64,000 nucleotides of DNA from a virus. The notes below the pieces were generated by a model, which worked only from the letters and a program-made list of their open reading frames with translations, did not search any database and was not told where the DNA came from. Location of the stretch: positions 32,001-96,000 of the IMG/VR virus record IMGVR_UViG_3300047558_000077. One strand, 5' to 3'. This document shows positions 57,448-64,000 of this stretch, piece by piece. Position 1 is the first letter of the stretch. Each line of letters opens with the position of its first letter. Position numbers and translations under genes: made by a program.

Positions 57448-58533
57448 TTGGCAGTCAAAAAGCCCGACTCAAAGACAGTTATTAGCGAAGCCGCCGATTT
57501 ACTGAACTCACTGGCCAAGAAGCATAACTTCCAGGTTGCTCCTACACAAAAGCTAGGTAAGCCTTCTAAGTCAAACTCTACAGTGAGAGAGTTTAGATTA
57601 CAGTTGATTATTACTAACAAAGACACATCAGAGGCTTTTAAAGCAGCCGTCTTAAAAGAGTTGAAACTTGTTAATGGTGTCACTAAGATCACATATAACT
57701 CAATCTCTCCTAATAGTAGCAAATATCCCTCAGTATCGTTCACATATCAAGGGATGAAGTTTGATGCTGTTATCGCCAAAGGCGCTAACAAAGGCGAAAA
57801 CTTTGAAAAGAAAACTATCACCGATCTATCAAATTTTTTTAAGAGAAAAGGTGTCAATAAGACATATAAGGATCTGGTAGAAAAACTCACGGCGGCGAAT
57901 CCTGCTTTCGGTAAGAATGAAATCATATCGGTCACGCAAAGAACAGGATCTACAAAAAAAGAAGGCGTAGCAACAGCCGATCTAGGTGCGATCATCGGCG
58001 ACATTGTTATTAAAGATTCAGGCAAAAACACCTGGTTCATTTCACTAAAAGATGTTAATGGTTCTACCTTTAGCTCCTATTCTGGAGCGGCTTCTCTATT
58101 CAATGCAGAGGGCACACTTCAACCCGACTCTGCCGGAGCAAAATTTCTCAATTCATTCGGTGTCGATCTAAATAAAGTTCAAGCGGGTTTTGATGAAAGA
58201 AACAAGATTAAGAAAAGACGACCCAAGATTCCTGTTGCCGCAGCTAACAAAAAAGAAATTAAAGCTATATTTGAACGTGCTTGGGGCATGAATTACTTTT
58301 ATGTAAGAAAGGTCGGAACGTCTGATTGGAAAGTTTTCTGGATGAGCAAAAGTAAGTTAGATTCTCTATCTGATAATATGACAGTTACTAAAGTTAACTA
58401 TCCTAATCCTGGTTCGAAGCAGATTACCATCTTTTGTTCTACACCAAATGCTGAATACTCAATTGAACTAAGAAATAGTAAGGCGCAAGAATATCCTAAT
58501 GATACCAAGTTTAAGATCATTCGATTTAAGTAA
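57448..58533 (+). CDS. Basic PD-(D/E)xK-like nuclease candidate
   Basis: GENFE ... IGDIVI-x8-ISLK; late promoter ATAAATA at ~57413; TTG start after AGGAG. Confidence 0.5.
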   Translation: MAVKKPDSKTVISEAADLLNSLAKKHNFQVAPTQKLGKPSKSNSTVREFRLQLIITNKDTSEAFKAAVLKELKLVNGVTKITYNSISPNSSKYPSVSFTYQGMKFDAVIAKGANKGENFEKKTITDLSNFFKRKGVNKTYKDLVEKLTAANPAFGKNEIISVTQRTGSTKKEGVATADLGAIIGDIVIKDSGKNTWFISLKDVNGSTFSSYSGAASLFNAEGTLQPDSAGAKFLNSFGVDLNKVQAGFDERNKIKKRRPKIPVAAANKKEIKAIFERAWGMNYFYVRKVGTSDWKVFWMSKSKLDSLSDNMTVTKVNYPNPGSKQITIFCSTPNAEYSIELRNSKAQEYPNDTKFKIIRFK

Positions 58534-58544
58534 GGAACTCAACA

Positions 58545-59786
58545 GTGATTAGACTATCAGACTTTTTAACAGAAGCAGCGGCCGAAAAAGATCGTCATCT
58601 TACACACATCGAAGATGCTGTGTTAGAAGGTGGTGTTGCTGGTACCAGAAATGCCATTCAGTTCCTAATTTCCCTCAGAGATATGTTTGCGGATGATGGA
58701 CAGACACTATCAGAGGCTCGTGGTTCTCTTATTCTTAGAACCAAGTTTGATGGTGCTCCAGCCATCTATGCTGGTATCAATCCTGAAAACGGCAAGTTCT
58801 TTGTCGGCTCTAAGTCTATCTTTGCCAAGAATGCTAAACTAAACTATACAGAAGCCGATGTTCGTGCTAATCACCAGGGTGGTCTGGCAGACAAGTTATC
58901 GGATGCTCTAAGATATCTACCAGAACTTGGTATCAAGGGTATCGTCCATGGTGACTTTATGTTCTCCAAATCCGATCTAAAGTCGGAAACCATCGATGGT
59001 AAAAAGTATATTACATTTCGTCCTAATACCATTACATATGCTGTTCCTGCTGATTCAAATCTTGCTAGACAGGTTCAGTCTGCCAAGATTGGTATTGTCT
59101 TCCATACCACATATCACGGTAAGACCATGCAAACCCTACAGACTCACTTTGATATCAATGTAAATAACTTTAGACCATCCAAGAATGTGTGGTATCGGTC
59201 TAATAAGTTCGTTGATGTTACTGGTCGTGCTACACTAACAAAAGCAGAAAACGCAAAACTAACAAGCATTTTGTCACAAGCTGGTTCCGTATTCAGAACT
59301 ATACCTGCTGGTCTAATGAATCAGATTGCTACCAGCGAAACATATAAAGTCCATATGATGACATTTTATAATCAAAAAGTTCGTGCTGGTGAACGTATGG
59401 GTGCTGGATATGTTCAGCAACTTATAAAATGGGTGGCAGATAAATATCAAAAGAACATTGATGATGCCAAGATGCCTGCAACTAAAGCAAAGCGTCAGGC
59501 TGAAAGAGATATGGTTCTTAGATGGTATCGCCAAAATGCTTCTGAGTTGAAAAAGATATTTCAACTACAGAACCTGTTCATTGATGCCAAGATGATACTA
59601 ATAAACAAGTTCAATCAAGTAAACGATCTAGGCACATTTCTACATACTGCCGATGGCGGATATAAAGTTACAACTCCAGAAGGATATGTGGCTGCTTGGT
59701 CATCTGGTGGAGATGCTGTCAAACTAGTCGACCGCATGGAGTTTAGCAGAGCAAACTTCCTAGCCGTCAAGAATTGGGGCAAATAA
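58545..59786 (+). CDS. Covalent nucleotidyltransferase (RNA/DNA-ligase-like; DUF6267-like)
   Basis: Motif I TKFDG, HGDF, PEGYV, VKLV; N-terminal MIRLSDFLTE. Confidence 0.65.
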   Translation: MIRLSDFLTEAAAEKDRHLTHIEDAVLEGGVAGTRNAIQFLISLRDMFADDGQTLSEARGSLILRTKFDGAPAIYAGINPENGKFFVGSKSIFAKNAKLNYTEADVRANHQGGLADKLSDALRYLPELGIKGIVHGDFMFSKSDLKSETIDGKKYITFRPNTITYAVPADSNLARQVQSAKIGIVFHTTYHGKTMQTLQTHFDINVNNFRPSKNVWYRSNKFVDVTGRATLTKAENAKLTSILSQAGSVFRTIPAGLMNQIATSETYKVHMMTFYNQKVRAGERMGAGYVQQLIKWVADKYQKNIDDAKMPATKAKRQAERDMVLRWYRQNASELKKIFQLQNLFIDAKMILINKFNQVNDLGTFLHTADGGYKVTTPEGYVAAWSSGGDAVKLVDRMEFSRANFLAVKNWGK

Positions 59787-59898
59787 TGTCTGACGAAAAG
59801 AAAAAGCCGGTGCCTGTCATTAGCACGATCAAGAAGATTGTCAAACAGGTCAGAGAAAAGAAAAAGTATAAATAACCAATAATACCGCAGAGGTAAGA

Positions 59899-61905
59899 AT
59901 GAAGAAAATCGTATTTACATTTGGGCGATATAATCCGCCTACTACAGGTCACGCAGAACTAATCCTATACACAGCAAATCTTGCTAAAAGAACTGGTGCG
60001 GACCATCGCATCTACACCTCACAATCTCACGATCCTTCCAAGAATCCACTATCACCAAAACAAAAGATGGCATTTCTTCGTCAGATATTCCCTGGCGTAA
60101 ACTTTGTGGATGATCCATCTATGAAGACGGCATTTGCTATTGCCAAGAAATTGTCCGATGAAGGTTACGAAGATGTAACATTTGTGGTCGGTTCCGATCG
60201 TGTAAATGAGTTTTCAACACAACTTAGCAAGTATGTGAAGCCTAGAACAGCAAAAGACTTTGATCCCAAGAAGCATTATCCATTCAAGAAGTTTCAGGTA
60301 GTGTCATCTGGTGCCCGCAAGAAAGGCATTTCTGGCACCGATCTTAGAAATGCTGTCCGTAAAGGCGACTTTGCTACATTCGCCAAGGCATCGGCAGCGA
60401 GAGACAAGACATTGGCAAGAAAGATATATTCTGCTACCAAGTCACAACTAAATGAAGAAATGACTCGTAAAGAGTTTGACTCACATCTAAAGCGTTTCAT
60501 TGATTTCACCTGTCAGAAACTTGATATCAAGGAAGTTCCTTCACTCAAGTATAAAGAACCAACCGATCAAGGCGAGCAGCCATCTTTTGCTGCCTATTCT
60601 CCTGGTTCAAAAGAAGTTATCATTATGACCAAGAACCGTCATCCAATGGATGTGTTTAGATCGGTCGCACATGAGTTGGTTCATCATAAACAGAACGAAG
60701 ATGGCAAACTCGGTAAAGATGTTGCTAAAGAAGGTGCTACAGGTTCTCCAATAGAAGACGAAGCAAACTATATGGCAGGTCGTGTCATGCGTTGGTTTGG
60801 CAAGGCAAATCCAGATATGTTTGGTAAGTCATATGTTATTGAGAGCAAGGCTATTATTCTATCAGGTGTTCCTGGTAGCGGAAAAGACAAGATACTAAAA
60901 GAGACTATTCTTCCTCACGGCTACATTGAACTATCATCAGAGACATATAACACACCGACAGATAGATTGGTTGTTGTCAATGGCACAGCTAACTATGAAC
61001 GCATTCGTTTCATCAAAGAGGACCTAGAAAAAGCTGGTTACGAGACTATCATGGTCTTTGTTAATACTAGCAACGATGTTTCCAGACAGCGCAATGAAGC
61101 TAGGGCTGAAAAGGGTGGTCGTGTCATCAATGAAGCGGTTCGCTTTACTAAGTGGAAGAATGCACAAGATACGCTAGATCGTTATGATGATCTATTCGAA
61201 AGAGTGATTGTGGTTCAAAATGATCTAGACTTGAACCAGCCGCTAGAAGTCATTCAGGAGACACACAACAAACTGGTTGAAATGGTCTCCGAAGATATCC
61301 GTCAGTTCTCTCTAGCACCAGTTGATAGAAAATTTGAGAGTATGCTAGAAGGCTATTCCGACTTCTCACCTATACCAAAGAACAATCCTGTTGGTGGCGC
61401 TGGTAACTGGGGCACAAGCAAACTTACAGATCGTTATAAGAAAGACACACCAGGCCAGTTTCCTGGTAAGACAATTCAAATGGGCTATTTTCAGCCTAGA
61501 AAAGAAAAGACAAAAGTTAAGGTGTTTGGCAATCTACCCAAGTTTGGTGATAGACTTGGACCAACATACACATCCGCTAAGAATCCCTCATTTGTCGGCG
61601 ATATCACAAGCGATCAAAATGTATTCATGCCTGGCGAACCCATGCAAAAGTGGTCTGCAATTGATCGTTGGATGATGAAAGAAGAGACCCGCAAGAGATT
61701 TAAAGAGAAGTATGGAAAACTGGCCGAGCAAAAGATGAAAGAAACGGTCAATAAACTTAGAAAAGAAAGTCTAGTAGACCCATATATGGGTTCTCTAGGC
61801 ATGACTCCAAACGCATCTAATATTGACGATGTTAGACCTGACATTAATGCCGAGTTTGAGAAGATGACATTGTTTGGTAAAAGAAAATCAAAGAAAACTA
61901 AATAA
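59899..61905 (+). CDS. Multidomain protein: HIGH nucleotidyltransferase + HExxH module + P-loop kinase
   Basis: FGRYNPPTTGH...VVGSDR...ISGTDLR; AHELVH; GVPGSGK; late promoter TATAAATA at ~59867. Confidence 0.75.
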   Translation: MKKIVFTFGRYNPPTTGHAELILYTANLAKRTGADHRIYTSQSHDPSKNPLSPKQKMAFLRQIFPGVNFVDDPSMKTAFAIAKKLSDEGYEDVTFVVGSDRVNEFSTQLSKYVKPRTAKDFDPKKHYPFKKFQVVSSGARKKGISGTDLRNAVRKGDFATFAKASAARDKTLARKIYSATKSQLNEEMTRKEFDSHLKRFIDFTCQKLDIKEVPSLKYKEPTDQGEQPSFAAYSPGSKEVIIMTKNRHPMDVFRSVAHELVHHKQNEDGKLGKDVAKEGATGSPIEDEANYMAGRVMRWFGKANPDMFGKSYVIESKAIILSGVPGSGKDKILKETILPHGYIELSSETYNTPTDRLVVVNGTANYERIRFIKEDLEKAGYETIMVFVNTSNDVSRQRNEARAEKGGRVINEAVRFTKWKNAQDTLDRYDDLFERVIVVQNDLDLNQPLEVIQETHNKLVEMVSEDIRQFSLAPVDRKFESMLEGYSDFSPIPKNNPVGGAGNWGTSKLTDRYKKDTPGQFPGKTIQMGYFQPRKEKTKVKVFGNLPKFGDRLGPTYTSAKNPSFVGDITSDQNVFMPGEPMQKWSAIDRWMMKEETRKRFKEKYGKLAEQKMKETVNKLRKESLVDPYMGSLGMTPNASNIDDVRPDINAEFEKMTLFGKRKSKKTK

Positions 61906-61947
61906 GTATATACCATATTATAGTCTCAGAAACAAAAGGAACCAAAA

Positions 61948-63072
61948 ATGAATAACCCATTTCTAACAAAGAAGGATTCGCTAGTAGAAGCAGTCCAGTC
62001 CGCCATGCAGGATGGTGAACTTCGTCGTCAGGCCGAGGCTCTTGTAAATGAAGAGTTCGGTGTTTATTCACGTAAGGCAGTTGTAAGAGAGCAACTAGCA
62101 GCATATGATGCTCGCCTTGAGGAAGCATACAAGTGTATGAAAGAGGCTCCAGATACCGGAGAATCTGATGCTCGTAAAACAGTAACATCAAGTAAAGAAG
62201 CAAAAGAAAAAGTTTTTGCTAAACATAAAGAAAGAGTGAAGAAACTTGCCGACAAGGACTATGACAAGGACGGCAAGATTGAGTCACCAAAGGACGAAGT
62301 TTGGGGTTCTCGTTTCCGTGCTGCTAAGATGGCAGGCAAGATGGAAGAAGAACAGATTGATGAAATCTCCAAAAAAACTTTAATGAGTTATCGTTCGAAA
62401 AGATTGAATCAGATTGACAAAATGTCAAAAGACATGAAGAGTTCATCTAAGTCAAAAGATGTTGAACCAGATAAGATTCGTAAAAGTCTAGTTGGAATAA
62501 AAACGGCTCACAAAAAACTTGCCAAAGAAGAAACGCAGATTGAAGAAGTATCAAAGCGTGCCGCTATCTCTGCCTATAGAGGTAAAGAGGGAGAGGAGCG
62601 TGATACATCAAAACTTCGTGGTCTAATCAAGAGAAAATGGGGCGAAAAGACTGCCAAGCACGCCGATCGTGCCGGTGCTAGAGACACTGGTAATCTAGTT
62701 CGTAGGGGTGAATCAAGCGGTACCGACCGTCTAGCAAGAGCAACATCATCTTCCGAAATGCGTAAGACCAAATCGGGTAAGGTTCATAAGCAAGATGTTG
62801 AGTCAAAGAAAAGTGAAATGAAATTCCGCAAGTCAATGAGCAAGTTTGATAAACCAAGAGGTCATCTACCAGAAGAAACAATGGATGAAGCAGCATATTC
62901 AGCAAAGGCTGCCCGTGCTGGCAAGGATATCGGAAAGCCAGGCAAGATGTTCTCTAAGATTGCTGCTAAGGCTGGCGAGAAGTATGGATCGGAAGAGCGT
63001 GGCAAGAAAGTTGCTGGTGCTATTCTAAAGCGTATTCGTGCCAAGCACATGAAGGAAGACCAGGATTTTTAG
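61948..63072 (+). CDS. Highly charged probable internal head protein with repeated xxE sites
   Basis: EEQIDEIS / ETQIEEVS / ETMDEAA repeats; late promoter ACTAAATA at ~61897. Confidence 0.6.
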   Translation: MNNPFLTKKDSLVEAVQSAMQDGELRRQAEALVNEEFGVYSRKAVVREQLAAYDARLEEAYKCMKEAPDTGESDARKTVTSSKEAKEKVFAKHKERVKKLADKDYDKDGKIESPKDEVWGSRFRAAKMAGKMEEEQIDEISKKTLMSYRSKRLNQIDKMSKDMKSSSKSKDVEPDKIRKSLVGIKTAHKKLAKEETQIEEVSKRAAISAYRGKEGEERDTSKLRGLIKRKWGEKTAKHADRAGARDTGNLVRRGESSGTDRLARATSSSEMRKTKSGKVHKQDVESKKSEMKFRKSMSKFDKPRGHLPEETMDEAAYSAKAARAGKDIGKPGKMFSKIAAKAGEKYGSEERGKKVAGAILKRIRAKHMKEDQDF

Positions 63073-63113
63073 ACGCACTGGAAACAGGTAAGTCGGTCAA
63101 TGAAGTTGTTTCT

Positions 63114-63524
63114 ATGTCACAACTAAATGCTTTCAGAAGCAAAGTTGGAAATAAAAATGCAACACTCGGACAATATATGAATGCCCAGAAAGGTCTAACC
63201 GCCCGTAAAGGTGGTGCTAATGACCCATCTATTATTCAGAGTAAATTAGGTGCTGGTAAAACTGCATATAATCCAAGTGCATCTAAACCTGATACCATAT
63301 CATCTGCTCAATATGATAAAGAAAGACAAATGGCTAAGCAGAATATGGCATCTAAACCTGTTGATACATCCGCTGCGGCACCAACACCAAAAGCAGGTGG
63401 ATTTTCATCAGCACCTGTGGTTCAGACTGATAAGTTCCAAAGAGATGACAAAAAGAAAACAGACGCACAACCTATGCAGGAAAGCTATGTTTTCGTAGGT
63501 GACAGTAAATATAGGATCGTATAA
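63114..63524 (+). CDS. Hypothetical protein, possibly a -1 frameshift extension of 61948-63072
   Basis: No clear SD; frame is open back to 63069. Confidence 0.5.
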   Translation: MSQLNAFRSKVGNKNATLGQYMNAQKGLTARKGGANDPSIIQSKLGAGKTAYNPSASKPDTISSAQYDKERQMAKQNMASKPVDTSAAAPTPKAGGFSSAPVVQTDKFQRDDKKKTDAQPMQESYVFVGDSKYRIV

Positions 63525-63795
63525 TGGTATATAGACCAAAAAGAAGTTCGGTATTTGGAGTTAGAAAGTTGGGTGATCTAACTGATAGAGAAGCGTCACG
63601 CAAGGCTATTGGTAATCAAAATCTAACTCCAGGTAGATATGATGTTAATGAAGAAGCAAAGAAAGGGACACAGAAGTCCCTTTCAAAAATCAAAGCTGGC
63701 AAGGCTGAAACTGGTGGCACAGAGACACCAGTTGTTATAAATCCCGAAAAGCCTGACGCCATCGGCAAAACTTATAACTAAGAAGGAAAACTAAA

Positions 63796-64000
63796 ATGCC
63801 ACTATGGGGTAATTACGATAACGCAGCCAATTCAGACATTGGTGTGCTACCACAGGTAAATCATTCTGCTGCTAACACAACAGGTCGTGATCTACTATTT
63901 AATAACGTAACTGCTAACACAGTTGTAAAGAGTGCTAAGGGTGCTGGTAACGTAGTAGTTGGTCAGTTCCTTGCTAACACCGCAGAAATTCGTGCAGCTA
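63796..64000 (+). CDS. Probable virion structural protein (partial)
   Basis: MPLWG N-terminus typical of T4-like virion proteins; AAGGA SD. Confidence 0.5.
   Translation, partial: MPLWGNYDNAANSDIGVLPQVNHSAANTTGRDLLFNNVTANTVVKSAKGAGNVVVGQFLANTAEIRAA

Overview
Almost entirely + strand, AT-rich 64-kb segment of a large T4-like (Tevenvirinae-like) myovirus. It carries a complete pmoC (particulate methane monooxygenase subunit C) of the Methylocystis/Methylosinus type, so it is a 'pmoC phage' that probably infects a type II (alphaproteobacterial) methanotroph. Order: DUF4338 protein; vWA/metallopeptidase plus MoxR-AAA (CobT/CobS-like) pair; replication block (gp1-like kinase, gp45, dsbA, gp44, gp62, regA, dUTPase); PAAR and Hsp20; a ~12-kb sugar-nucleotide/glycosyltransferase island; acyl-CoA dehydrogenase and pmoC; holin/spanins and Bfd; gp43, flavin halogenase, uvsX, gp40, gp41; a stable-RNA region (29 cloverleaf tRNAs covering all 20 amino acids, 3 atypical tRNA-like genes and ~7 unexplained structured RNAs); accessory genes (SpeD, RNase H-like, peptidases, endolysin); and a late block of probable head-packaged enzymes. 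The least-explained signals are non-coding: (i) a GTGCGAC-N5-GTCGCAC palindrome, helically phased upstream of four sigma70 promoters, three of them in a tandem array (RegR/RegA-box-like); (ii) a covarying structured RNA leader shared by two unrelated homing endonucleases; (iii) a topologically rearranged tRNA-Arg, an odd tRNA-Ile(UAU) and a 57-nt G3:U70 mini-tRNA; (iv) a ROSE-like thermometer on hsp20; (v) a candidate -1 frameshift in a head protein. All product calls come from motif recognition by eye; no database searches were run.
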